A DNA stretch of 64,000 nucleotides, taken from the IMG/VR virus record IMGVR_UViG_3300020452_000254, positions 11,635 to 75,634 of that record. One strand, given 5' to 3'. Position numbers and translations under genes: made by a program. This document shows positions 1-10,281 of this stretch, one piece after another. The notes beneath the pieces were generated by a model that saw nothing but the letters and a program-made list of their open reading frames with translations, was not told the DNA's origin and did no database searches. Positions within the stretch are counted from its first letter, which is position 1; every line of letters starts with the position of its first letter. Source of the stretch: a virus.

Positions 1-300
1 GTAGTAAAATTCTTTTGTGTTAATCCACCATCACCTACAGCAATTGCAGATGTATAGTGTGGAGCTGCAGTATTAGTAGCACCAGCTGCAATACCATCTA
101 GTTTATTTTTAAGAGTAGTTGTAAAGTTTTTCTGTGTCAGTCCACCATCACCTACAGCAATCGCAGATGTATAGTGTGGAGCTGCAGTATTAGTAGCATT
201 AGCTGCAATACCATCTAGTTTGGTTTTAAGAGTAGTTGTGAAGTTCTTTTGAGTTAGTCCACCATCACCTACAGCAATTGCAGATGTATAATGTGGAGCT
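1..300 (-). repeat. 117-bp (39-aa) tandem repeat inside the tail fibre gene, at least 2.5 copies
   Basis: CCACCATCACCTACAG recurs at 25, 142 and 259. The unit translates APHYTSAIAVGDGGLTQKNFTTTLK(T/N)KLDGIAA(N/G)ATNTA. Confidence 0.95.
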
Positions 301-2042
301 GTAGAATTAATTGTAACCACACCTGTTCCATCATTATAAGTTACAGATGTTCCACCACTACCAGATAACATTCCACCAACAATATCTTCGATATGTTCGT
401 GAACAATACTTACTACACCACTTGATACTGAGAAGTCTGTTGAATTAAATGATGCAACACCTTTATTAGTTGTAGTTGCAAGTTCACCAGCTATTGTTAA
501 AGTTGTTCCAGAGAATGATGTATCAATACCTTCTCCACCAATCCAGTTGATTGTTGTTCCTTCTGGAACTGTTCCAGCACCAGAATCACCACCAGCACTC
601 CAACCAGAATATGTGTCTACTGTTACAGTACTAGCTGCAGTTAATCTTCCCTGTGCATCAACTGTAAATGTTGGAATTGCAGTTGTAGAACCATATGAAC
701 CTGCTGTTACAGAAGTGTTATCTAAACTTATACTATGTGCAATACCTTCACCAGAAGTTGCACCACTTGATGTTAAAGCAGTTCCTGCTGTTAATGTACC
801 AACATAGTTTCCTGTAGTATCTGTTCCAAGTGCAACTGAATTAGCTGCAACTGTAGTTGCAAAAGATACATTACCTAAATTTGTAACTGTTCCTGTTCCT
901 GTAACATCTCCTGTTAAAGTAATTGAGAAATCATCTACATCAACATCTAAAGTACCATCTGAGTCATCATAAGTTACACTAAGACCATTCTCAGTGTTAG
1001 ATGTAAACATTGTACCAACAATATCTTCGATTTCTTCTTGAGTTTTACCAGAAGAATTAATTGTAAGTGTACCAGCTGAATCATTATATGATAATGACAT
1101 GTTTGTTCCAGCTTGTAATAATGCATTTACTCTGTCATCTACTCTTTCGTTTGTAAAGAATAAATTTGTATTTTCTGTTAAGTTTGAAGTATTAACAACT
1201 CCTGTGACATCTGCTGTTGTTAATGCAACTGCACCAGTTCTACCAAATACACTTGTTACTGGAGCTCCTGCTTGACTGAATGAAATTACACCAGTTGAAT
1301 TATTATATGTGATATCTCCACTTGCACTAATTTTTCCTCTGACAGCTGCATCGAATCCAGATATTGCAGAAGAAGTAATTTGTGAACCATTTACTTTAAT
1401 AGTTGCACCACTTGTTAAATTTAAATTACCATTTACAAATACTTCTTTTGAAGTTCCACCAGTATTTAAATAAATGTTTGAACCATCTGATTCTAATTGA
1501 ATTCCATATCCAGAAGCTGGAGTTGTAACAACACCAGTATCATCTGAGTTAATAACTACACCAGCAGTAGTGTCATGGTTATATATTGAACCACCACCAG
1601 TTTTTGTCCATTGTGTTGTTGCAGCTTCAGTTGCACCAGCAGTTCCTTCATAAGAACCTGTAAAAGATGTTATTCTTATAATATCAGAGTTTGCAGCTGA
1701 AGATGAAAGAGTAATACTTGTACCATTGGCTGCAGAGTAGTCTGTACCATTTCTAAGTAGTACTCCATTCTTAAATACTAGTAATCTATTTACTGAATAG
1801 TTTAATGTTTTACTAAAGTTATCTGAACCACTAAATGTTCTATTTGAACTTGAACCATCTGAACCATCGTATTCGAAATCTTGAAAAAAGAAATACTGGT
1901 CTATGATACTATTGACTGCATCTACAACTGAACCTTTTTGACTTGTTCTAAGTGAACCTATTCCACCAACCTCATCTACAAGGTCGTTGTATGCTAGTCT
2001 AAATTCTTCTAGGGTTTGATTGTTATTAATACTATTTGACAT
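1..2042 (-). CDS. Tail fibre protein, 3' end truncated by the window edge (not in the ORF track)
   Basis: ATG at 2042 overlaps the upstream stop. The frame (MSNSINNNQTLEEFRLAYNDLVDEVGG...) stays open to position 1. G/S/T-rich with fibre motifs VTSVFGRTGAV and AGSYGSTTAIPTFTVDAQGRLTAAS, plus 39-aa repeats. Confidence 0.8.
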   Translation of the reverse strand, partial: MSNSINNNQTLEEFRLAYNDLVDEVGGIGSLRTSQKGSVVDAVNSIIDQYFFFQDFEYDGSDGSSSNRTFSGSDNFSKTLNYSVNRLLVFKNGVLLRNGTDYSAANGTSITLSSSAANSDIIRITSFTGSYEGTAGATEAATTQWTKTGGGSIYNHDTTAGVVINSDDTGVVTTPASGYGIQLESDGSNIYLNTGGTSKEVFVNGNLNLTSGATIKVNGSQITSSAISGFDAAVRGKISASGDITYNNSTGVISFSQAGAPVTSVFGRTGAVALTTADVTGVVNTSNLTENTNLFFTNERVDDRVNALLQAGTNMSLSYNDSAGTLTINSSGKTQEEIEDIVGTMFTSNTENGLSVTYDDSDGTLDVDVDDFSITLTGDVTGTGTVTNLGNVSFATTVAANSVALGTDTTGNYVGTLTAGTALTSSGATSGEGIAHSISLDNTSVTAGSYGSTTAIPTFTVDAQGRLTAASTVTVDTYSGWSAGGDSGAGTVPEGTTINWIGGEGIDTSFSGTTLTIAGELATTTNKGVASFNSTDFSVSSGVVSIVHEHIEDIVGGMLSGSGGTSVTYNDGTGVVTINSTAPHYTSAIAVGDGGLTQKNFTTTLKTKLDGIAANATNTAAPHYTSAIAVGDGGLTQKNFTTTLKNKLDGIAAGATNTAAPHYTSAIAVGDGGLTQKNFT

Positions 2043-2241
2043 TACACTGTTCCAAAACTTTTGACATCATCATTTTTAATTCTGTGACCTCTGATTTTAA
2101 TTCCTGTATTTCATTATTCTTTACTTGCATTATAGTTCTTCTTTTTTTATATAAAGCATAACCATTACTATCAGTATTTATAACAGCTTTACTAAACTCA
2201 TCTTTAACAAGATGATTATGTCCTTCTACTTTCTTACGCAA
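2032..2241 (-). CDS. Conserved small hypothetical protein with C-terminal coiled coil
   Basis: KVEGHNHLVKD..SKAVINTD motif, typical of the small gene after VrlC-like genes in marine T4-like phages. Overlaps both neighbours. Confidence 0.7.
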   Translation of the reverse strand: MRKKVEGHNHLVKDEFSKAVINTDSNGYALYKKRRTIMQVKNNEIQELKSEVTELKMMMSKVLEQCNVK

Positions 2242-5200
2242 GTGCTAATCCTCTAAATGCTCTTATGGCACAAGGCATTGTTGTGTCTTTACTTTTCATT
2301 ACAATCTTAATTGCAAATCCTACAAACTCATCTAAGTTCTCTGCATCATATTCATATGACCTAAACTTACTTGAGTCTGCATCTGGAACATTAGTTGTTC
2401 CAAATTCTACCCAACCTAATTCTTCTACTGGAAGTGTACTATCTGCTGTAAGTAGTTTGTAATATGTTTTGATTTCACCATCAGCAGTTCCTGCTGGTTT
2501 GTATCCATCAAATATAACTTTTAATTGTGATGCTGGATTTTCTAATTGTATTAGTCTTGTACAATATATTGATGCATTGTTATCACCTTCTGGTTCTGTT
2601 CCTTCAACAAATCCAGAAGAACCATTTGCAATATCAGTAAGACTACTTACATGGTTAATCCTATTCATAATAGTGTTTGCACCAATAGCACCAACATCTA
2701 CTACTGGTGATACTTTATCAGATGCAGATGTTAAAGAAAGTTCTAATTTAAATGATTTTTTACCAGACATCTCACCTGTTTCATTAACTGGAGATGCAAC
2801 AATACCAGAAGTGGTCATAAAGTTATTATCATTTAAAACGATTGATTGTGATGTACTATTTAATGAATAACTATTTGCAGTTGATGTTGCATTTACACCA
2901 CCAGTACTTGTTTTAAACATGTTTGCAGTTATTAAAGTTTTTGGATATATTACATTTGGTACTAATGTGTGAAGTACATCAAAGTACATATTTTCTGATG
3001 CAAGAACTGATGTTCCACCAGCCCTAGTACTTTCTGTCGTACCTTTATGCATTGAACCACTTGAAGAACCTAAATCTAAATTAAATTCATACGAATCCAT
3101 ATCTCTTGTTGGAGACTTACCTGTCCAGTCATGTGTTGCATTAATTTTACTAATTGGTATTCCACCTAAAGTGTCTTCAATAGATGCAACTGTTATTACA
3201 CAAAATGTTGTTCCAGCAGAACCACCAACTTGGTCTTGGTCGATTGTAATTGTATCACCAACTCCGAAATTATTGCCTGGATTATTAATTGTTATGTTTG
3301 ATATAGTAGTATTATTACTTAATGTGATATCAAATGTTGCACCAACTCCATCGTTATTTGTAGCTCCAACTTTTCCTGTGTAAGGTGTTCCACTATTATG
3401 AACTCCTGTTCCAGTTGGACTTGCAACTGTTACTGATAAAATACCATTTGTTTTATCACCCTCAACACCAGATATGATTACATTAGAATCATCATCATAC
3501 ATACCATGTGATAAATGATGTACTTTAATTCTATCTCTATCTCCAGAGAATACTTCTATTGGATTGGTTTTTAATTTTTTACTTGGAATTGCTTTATTCT
3601 CTAATACAATTGTACCAGTTGATGAGAACTTAGAACGATTGATTTTAAATTTCAAATCTTGCATTTGTTCTGGAGTCCAAGTAGAACTATTTTGTGATTT
3701 AAATAACACACCAGCATATGGTTGTTTATCAATAGGTTCTTTTGTTAATACATCAAAGTCACCCATTTGACCTACCCAAGCTAAATATGCATTTGAGTTT
3801 GATTCAAGTACAAAACAGTATTCTGTATTTGGGTTTAAATAAACTGGTGATGGGAATGTAAACTTAGTAGCAACAGATGCATTTGCACTTGTTGTAATCT
3901 GACTTGGATACAATGTCTTTTCTGCAAATGGCATAATTTTTTGTGTAGGTGAACCATTTAACATTTGTCTAATTGAACATGTTACTGGTAATCCACCACC
4001 ATCTTTTGCACTAAAGAATACTTCTATTGAATTTACAAACACACCTTCTTCATCTTCAACTAAGAATGATTGTGCAAGTGGGTCGACCCATCTTGTAGTT
4101 GTATTTGTAGTTACTAATTGTCCTGCCCTACTTTCACTTTGGTTTTCTTCAACAAGTCTACCATTTCTAGTATTTGTAATTTCTGTTTCTTGAGATGTTA
4201 ATGAACCATCTGCAAAGAAGTTTGTAAATGCAGAAGTAGTTGATAATGCACTATCGACTGTTGCAGTATCAGTAACTTTTAATGTTCTAATACCAGTTTC
4301 AAATCTTAATGTATCGTTATTAGGTATACTAAATGTTGCACTTAATTTACCTTGATTATCTGAAACTAATTGTGTTCCTTTTGCAGTTGCACCACCTACA
4401 CCATATGAAGAAGATGCTGGAGTACAATGTGCATTTACTTTTATATTATCAAAGAATACATTTAATGCAGTATTTGGTTTTAATAATTCACCTGTTATTG
4501 TTATATCAATTTCTCTCATGAAATTAATTACAGATATACCAACAATCCTGTCATTTCGTGTTGTTGTAATGTCTTCTACAACATTAGTTATAACACCTGT
4601 TCTTGTTTCTCTTGTAGGAATTGTTCTAGTGATTGTAGTATTAACACCTCTTCTAGCTCTTCCAACTCCAAACTCATCTCTAATTCTGTTTCTGAAACCT
4701 CTTCCCATGAAACCACCCAAGTCAAAATCTTCTCTACCTAAGTCGTTTCCTTGCATTACTCCATCTAAAAATTCATCTGTATCTGTTACTACAATAGGTT
4801 CTCCAACCCATGTTGTTTGCCAATCATTCCAAACTGTTCCTACTTCAACACCAGCAAGTATTGCATCAAAGTTTCCTTCTGCTGAAGTTGTTATACTTGG
4901 AAGTTGTTCTAAGTCATGCCAAACATCCTTGTCTGGACTTAGTTCTAGTCTACCTACAAAGTTTGCAACATCGTATGGATTAACATTTAATTGTTGTGAT
5001 GCTTTATTAGCATTTATATATTCTACTTCTGTAAATGGTAATGTAATTAGGTCACCACTTTTAGTAACTAATGATGATGCACCACTATTATATTCCATAT
5101 CAAAATAATTAGTTCTATGTGATGGTCTTGCAATACCTTGTTTTTTATCTATTGCAACACCATAGTCTGGATGGAATACATCTCCTACTCCATGACCTTT

Positions 5201-8200
5201 AAATGGGTCGACAACAAAACCAGATTTAAATCTATCAAATCCTTCGTCATCTAAAACCTGTAATGTTTGTGTCTTTTCTTCTAACATAGTAAGTGAAACT
5301 GCTGTTTCTAATTGTGATAATCTTTTTTGAATACCATCAATATCCCTCATGGTATATCTTCTATGTTGTACTAATTTTGATTTTATATCACCTACATTTG
5401 GTGTAAATGCTGGTACTTGTATTTCTGCAATTTCTATTGCATTATCAAGTCTAGGCCCTTTCTTTGGATTTTCAGATGGGTCTCCACTAACCACTACAAA
5501 ATCACCTTGTGATGTTAAAAATACTCTGTCAACTCTTGGTAAGTAATGTTCGTAATCTACTTGCATGTTACTACCGATTTTTGCAAGGTCTACAGTTGAA
5601 CCACCATATGTTGTTGATGAAACTCCTTCGAATGTAGTATGTCCATAGTTAAATGGATTTGCACTAATACTAGAAACATCTTGTGGAGAACTAACATCGT
5701 TATCTGGTGTAGTTGAAAGTAATCTAGATGCAACTGGTCTGTAGTCTATAGAATCTGCAAGTGGGAAATCACCATCTACATCAAACGATGCACTTGGGTC
5801 AAACCTATCTGCAACATAATTTGGTACTTGGTCGATATCTAAATCACTATATGATGCTTGTGTAAATGTGTTTCCAGAACCATGTGTAAAATAATCAAAC
5901 ACAATCATAATAGGTGCATTTGGTGCTGGTGCATTTTTCTTTCTAGTTATTTTTGATATACCATAATATCCATCTCTTTGACCATCATCAAATAAATAGT
6001 TATTTGTAATATCTTTTGAACCTACTGTTAAACCAGCAAGTGTTCCAGACTTTTCAGTTCCATCATTAAATGTAATTTCTTCATTGTTTTGGAATTTTAC
6101 AGAGTTCTTTTTATAATAGAAATAACATATACCACCATCGTTCTCTATAAGAACACCTCTTGCATTTGAAACACTACCTACAACTTCTGTTCCTTTATCA
6201 GACAATGCATTCTGAACAGTTGGTGAAGATGCAGTATATACAAATGATGGTGGGTTAGGTGTAGTTACAAAAGTCGCTCCATCACCACTTGGGTTTAATG
6301 CATTACCACCCTCAAAAACTCCTCTTATTTTAAGTACATCTGGGACACCTAGTGTTACATCTTGGTGTGTATATGAATCACCATATAAAGAAGTGTTATT
6401 TGCATCTGTAACTGTAACAACAGAACCTTTCTGTAAGGTTTTAGACTTTGCAGTTTGACCTGTTCTGTCTATTGTTGCAATAATTTTACATGCAGTAGTC
6501 GCTGCACCCACATTAATGTTTAATGTAGAAGTTCCAGCACCACTAACTAAACCTGTCCCAGAACCAGAATTTTTTAATGTAAGTAAAGTACCACCAACTT
6601 CAGCAGAAAATCTATCTTCATCATAAGAAGAGAATGTTCCATCGGATATACTTATTTGACAAACATTACTTCCAGTAGAGGTTGCTATAAATTGTCTTTT
6701 AACTTGTTCACTGTCTTGAGTTATTGTCTTAATACCTGTATTAGGTAATCCAGAAATTGCAACTGTTTGGTTTGGTTTATAAAATTTTGCTCTTTGTCTT
6801 ACTATCTGACCATTGAAAGTTGCATTTAAATCATCTACTTCTATAGTATCATTATCTGTTACAACATCTACAATTCTTGTATTACCATCTGGTAAAAGAA
6901 TTTGGTCTCCTTGAATTAGTTCACTGGTAAATTTAGATTGAACACCTGTAATTTCATCATCAGCACCATCTGAATTTCCATCACCACCAAATCCAGTACC
7001 ACTTAATAAGAAGTTGTCATCTAATATAATATCAGCACCAAAGTTTGGTGATAAACCACTACCCCTTAATTGTGAGGTTCTTTTTATTGCACTTACATCA
7101 TATGTTCTTATTGCTGATATAGTTTGAGCACCAGTTGCAGTATTATGTTTTCTTAAACTTTCATTACTCTGAAATGTTCCTACAATACTATGTACTAAAA
7201 CAGTTGTTCCAGATGATACTGCAGCTGCAACAATACCTGTTGCACCAGAAGTTGCACCTAATACTTTTTGACCTTTTGCTAAACTGATTGCAGAACCAAC
7301 AGTAATTTTTGTAAACATTTGTACATCAAATAAATACAGTTCACTATTTGTTGAATCTGAATCACCTTCAAATGCTCTTGCTCTTGCATATCCTATATGT
7401 TGTCCACTACCAGCAGATGCAGAAGATGAACCTACTGATTTATCATAAAGATTTATTGGGTTGTGTGGTAGTAGGTTTCCATTAGAACCTATATCTGGTA
7501 AACCATATACATTATTAACTTTTAAAAAGTTTCCAATTCTAAATGGAGATTGAACATTTGTTTTTGATAATGTTGTTCGTGCTTTATTTAACTCTAAGAA
7601 TGTAGGTGTTTGTTTATCTACTTCAAATCCTTTAACATATGCTTTACCAGCAGATAATACAGTAATGAATTTACTTATGTCTCCTTTAGGAGAATCACTT
7701 AGTGTGTATACACCATTGTTTGATAAGTTATTTAAATGTTCTCTAAAACCTAAAGTAAAAGGTTGTAATGTGTAATCACCAGACTCATCGAATGTTCTTC
7801 TTGCAAGAGTTTCTTGTAATCTGTTGTACTCTGTAATTTCTTGTTTCTTTGTAACCTCTCCACCAGATAATCTCATTAACTCTATAAAATCTGTTGAGTC
7901 TGTTGCAGTTAATGATTTCTTTGCAAGAGTTAATTGTACTTTTAATCTATCAGCACCTGGCGCATTCTCGTTTGTTGACCCCTGTGCATTGTCTAGTAAT
8001 GATGTATCTTCTACAGAAGATGTTAATGTTTCTGCAATATCTACACCAACCTTGTAGGATGGTGTGTTAGAATATTTTTCTAAAATAATTGTCTGTGCAG
8101 GCACCTTGACAAACATACCTCTGGTGTATATAATACCTTCGGATATACTTGCAGACGAACCAACCATTGACCCTATATCTGTAGAACCACTTATTGTAAT

Positions 8201-8731
8201 AACTTTAAATTGATTGTTTGAAGCTGTAGAAGTATATCCACCAAGACCATTTGCATCTTGAGATACTTCATTTAATGTTTCACCATCTTGGAATTCAGTG
8301 TAAAATACAGAACCAACATTACCAGTTCTTTGATATTTAACATGTAATGTTATATTATCAGTTGTTGTTTTTTGACTTGAATTTACAACCTTACCTACAA
8401 CACCAGAAGTTAATCCTTGATAAAACTTACCTACAGATGCAGTACGAAAAGATTCTGCCGATGTAACACCACTTCCATTTGGATTATTGTCTTCAACTCT
8501 TACTCCAAAATATTGGTTATCATAATTGGTTCTTGCACCAAGAATGATTGCACCTTCTTTAAAGATGTGTGAACCAAATCTTTCAATTTGATTTTGAAGT
8601 ATTGTTTGTAATTGTGTTAGTTCCCTAGCCTGTATCGCAGCAGATGGTTTAAACAGAACTCGATGAAAATTCTTCGAGTCTGCATAATCATCATAATAAG
8701 GACTAACATTAAGGTCTGTTTTTTGAGCCAC
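2234..8731 (-). CDS. Large virion structural protein, VrlC-like (DUF4815-type)
   Basis: N-terminus QKTDLNVSPYYDDY..KNFHRVLFKPS.AIQARELTQLQTILQNQIERFG; also DRFKSGFVVDPF and DPLAQSF motifs. Lies downstream of gp8. Confidence 0.85.
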   Translation of the reverse strand: MAQKTDLNVSPYYDDYADSKNFHRVLFKPSAAIQARELTQLQTILQNQIERFGSHIFKEGAIILGARTNYDNQYFGVRVEDNNPNGSGVTSAESFRTASVGKFYQGLTSGVVGKVVNSSQKTTTDNITLHVKYQRTGNVGSVFYTEFQDGETLNEVSQDANGLGGYTSTASNNQFKVITISGSTDIGSMVGSSASISEGIIYTRGMFVKVPAQTIILEKYSNTPSYKVGVDIAETLTSSVEDTSLLDNAQGSTNENAPGADRLKVQLTLAKKSLTATDSTDFIELMRLSGGEVTKKQEITEYNRLQETLARRTFDESGDYTLQPFTLGFREHLNNLSNNGVYTLSDSPKGDISKFITVLSAGKAYVKGFEVDKQTPTFLELNKARTTLSKTNVQSPFRIGNFLKVNNVYGLPDIGSNGNLLPHNPINLYDKSVGSSSASAGSGQHIGYARARAFEGDSDSTNSELYLFDVQMFTKITVGSAISLAKGQKVLGATSGATGIVAAAVSSGTTVLVHSIVGTFQSNESLRKHNTATGAQTISAIRTYDVSAIKRTSQLRGSGLSPNFGADIILDDNFLLSGTGFGGDGNSDGADDEITGVQSKFTSELIQGDQILLPDGNTRIVDVVTDNDTIEVDDLNATFNGQIVRQRAKFYKPNQTVAISGLPNTGIKTITQDSEQVKRQFIATSTGSNVCQISISDGTFSSYDEDRFSAEVGGTLLTLKNSGSGTGLVSGAGTSTLNINVGAATTACKIIATIDRTGQTAKSKTLQKGSVVTVTDANNTSLYGDSYTHQDVTLGVPDVLKIRGVFEGGNALNPSGDGATFVTTPNPPSFVYTASSPTVQNALSDKGTEVVGSVSNARGVLIENDGGICYFYYKKNSVKFQNNEEITFNDGTEKSGTLAGLTVGSKDITNNYLFDDGQRDGYYGISKITRKKNAPAPNAPIMIVFDYFTHGSGNTFTQASYSDLDIDQVPNYVADRFDPSASFDVDGDFPLADSIDYRPVASRLLSTTPDNDVSSPQDVSSISANPFNYGHTTFEGVSSTTYGGSTVDLAKIGSNMQVDYEHYLPRVDRVFLTSQGDFVVVSGDPSENPKKGPRLDNAIEIAEIQVPAFTPNVGDIKSKLVQHRRYTMRDIDGIQKRLSQLETAVSLTMLEEKTQTLQVLDDEGFDRFKSGFVVDPFKGHGVGDVFHPDYGVAIDKKQGIARPSHRTNYFDMEYNSGASSLVTKSGDLITLPFTEVEYINANKASQQLNVNPYDVANFVGRLELSPDKDVWHDLEQLPSITTSAEGNFDAILAGVEVGTVWNDWQTTWVGEPIVVTDTDEFLDGVMQGNDLGREDFDLGGFMGRGFRNRIRDEFGVGRARRGVNTTITRTIPTRETRTGVITNVVEDITTTRNDRIVGISVINFMREIDITITGELLKPNTALNVFFDNIKVNAHCTPASSSYGVGGATAKGTQLVSDNQGKLSATFSIPNNDTLRFETGIRTLKVTDTATVDSALSTTSAFTNFFADGSLTSQETEITNTRNGRLVEENQSESRAGQLVTTNTTTRWVDPLAQSFLVEDEEGVFVNSIEVFFSAKDGGGLPVTCSIRQMLNGSPTQKIMPFAEKTLYPSQITTSANASVATKFTFPSPVYLNPNTEYCFVLESNSNAYLAWVGQMGDFDVLTKEPIDKQPYAGVLFKSQNSSTWTPEQMQDLKFKINRSKFSSTGTIVLENKAIPSKKLKTNPIEVFSGDRDRIKVHHLSHGMYDDDSNVIISGVEGDKTNGILSVTVASPTGTGVHNSGTPYTGKVGATNNDGVGATFDITLSNNTTISNITINNPGNNFGVGDTITIDQDQVGGSAGTTFCVITVASIEDTLGGIPISKINATHDWTGKSPTRDMDSYEFNLDLGSSSGSMHKGTTESTRAGGTSVLASENMYFDVLHTLVPNVIYPKTLITANMFKTSTGGVNATSTANSYSLNSTSQSIVLNDNNFMTTSGIVASPVNETGEMSGKKSFKLELSLTSASDKVSPVVDVGAIGANTIMNRINHVSSLTDIANGSSGFVEGTEPEGDNNASIYCTRLIQLENPASQLKVIFDGYKPAGTADGEIKTYYKLLTADSTLPVEELGWVEFGTTNVPDADSSKFRSYEYDAENLDEFVGFAIKIVMKSKDTTMPCAIRAFRGLALA

Positions 8732-8742
8732 TGTTAGTTATC

Positions 8743-10188
8743 CTACATTTCAATTATTAGTTTAATGTCCTCAATCTGGTCAGCAGCCCTTGCTACTGCA
8801 CCTCTGTTTTCTAAGTACACTATATCACCAGAGTTTCTTTGTATTTCTGGATATGCAGTACTTACAGCACTGATTGTTCCTTTACTTGCAAGTGAACCAG
8901 TTGAACTTCCAGCATGTACAGTATTTGAACTTGCAAATGCATTAAAGTTTCCAACTGAATCTACTGCTGGTAAATAATAAATATGTCTATTTGTTGAGTC
9001 TACAGATATCACTCTACCAACTGCTGTTCCAGCTGCAATCGTTCCAGCATTTGCAATATAATCATCAACTGTTGGCATTGTTGCACCAGAATTAAATGTA
9101 AATCTGTTTAAAGCACTCAATGTTGAGGCAGTCGATAATACATGACCACCTTTGTTTGTTGGTTTTGCAACTAGACCAATTTGTCTAAAGTCGTTATCTG
9201 TTGGGAAGTCACCAGCACCCTCTGCATATTCTAAACGAGAGTTTACGATAACATAGTTTCCACCTAATTCTTCTACTGGGTCTGCACCATGTCCATTTTT
9301 AGGACTGATTATAATATCAAATACTGCACCAGAACCACTTGAACTTGTTGCAGTTCTAAGTAATGCATTGTCTATACTTGCAACTGAATAACCAGAACCA
9401 CCATTGTTTACTGTTACTGATGTTATAACTCCAGATGCTACTGTTACTGTAAGTGAACCAGTTGCACCATCTCCACTAATTGCAACATTAGATGTTCCAT
9501 TAGCACCATAGTTAGAACCACCTGTTGTGACTCTTGCATGTTCTATTTTACCATCTGTTGCACCCTTCTCTACATCCCATTGTGTAGATAAATCATCAGT
9601 AGCTTCAGCATTTAGTCCACCAACATCACCTGCTACAGCAAGTTTAGCACCAATTGTTTTAACTGGTATGAAATCTGATGTTACAAATTTAATAACATCG
9701 GATGCAGATATACTATACATATATTTCCATTTGTATCCATCACCTGTTGTTATAATTGCTGTACCTGTACCTGTTGGCATTGCAGTTGATTGTGCATTAC
9801 CATTATTTGAGATTACCTTGTACACATTGTAATCACTGGTCACAACATAAAATGTTGATGCCCATAGTGTTGTAGCACCACTGTTTGCAGTGTTGCTTGA
9901 AGTATAATTATGACGATACTCGTCATAAATTGTTCCTGTTGTCCAGTCTCTTCGGATAATGGCATGACTTACATCAGTTGATGCAACCTCTTTCAAAGCA
10001 GTCATATTTGCATATGCATCATACTCATCATTTAGAGAGTCTACTGGAGTAGGCGGGTTATTATCATCTGTCCAACTTAAAGGTCTTCCAATAAACATGT
10101 ACATCTGATTTGTTCCATCAGATTGAGCACTTGCTCTAAATTCCTTTGCATTGTGGAGACGAAATTTTTCTGTAATTATCGCTGCCAT
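8743..10188 (-). CDS. gp8: Baseplate wedge subunit gp8
   Basis: MAAIITEKFRLHNA start, DGYKWKYMY, NDFRQIGL, and C-terminal SGDIVYLENR...QIEDIKLIIE. Confidence 0.9.
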   Translation of the reverse strand: MAAIITEKFRLHNAKEFRASAQSDGTNQMYMFIGRPLSWTDDNNPPTPVDSLNDEYDAYANMTALKEVASTDVSHAIIRRDWTTGTIYDEYRHNYTSSNTANSGATTLWASTFYVVTSDYNVYKVISNNGNAQSTAMPTGTGTAIITTGDGYKWKYMYSISASDVIKFVTSDFIPVKTIGAKLAVAGDVGGLNAEATDDLSTQWDVEKGATDGKIEHARVTTGGSNYGANGTSNVAISGDGATGSLTVTVASGVITSVTVNNGGSGYSVASIDNALLRTATSSSGSGAVFDIIISPKNGHGADPVEELGGNYVIVNSRLEYAEGAGDFPTDNDFRQIGLVAKPTNKGGHVLSTASTLSALNRFTFNSGATMPTVDDYIANAGTIAAGTAVGRVISVDSTNRHIYYLPAVDSVGNFNAFASSNTVHAGSSTGSLASKGTISAVSTAYPEIQRNSGDIVYLENRGAVARAADQIEDIKLIIEM

Positions 10189-10236
10189 TTGTTCCTTTCC
10201 TCTATCTAACTAAGTTAAAAAATTATTTCTATTAAG

Positions 10237-10244
10237 TATTTATA
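10237..10244 (-). promoter_or_regulatory. T4-type late promoter (TATAAATA) for gp8
   Basis: Exact TATAAATA on the minus strand about 50 nt upstream of gp8. Confidence 0.75.
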
Positions 10245-10281
10245 TGTATTTAGTCATCAGATTTGACATAAGTTTAAAACT

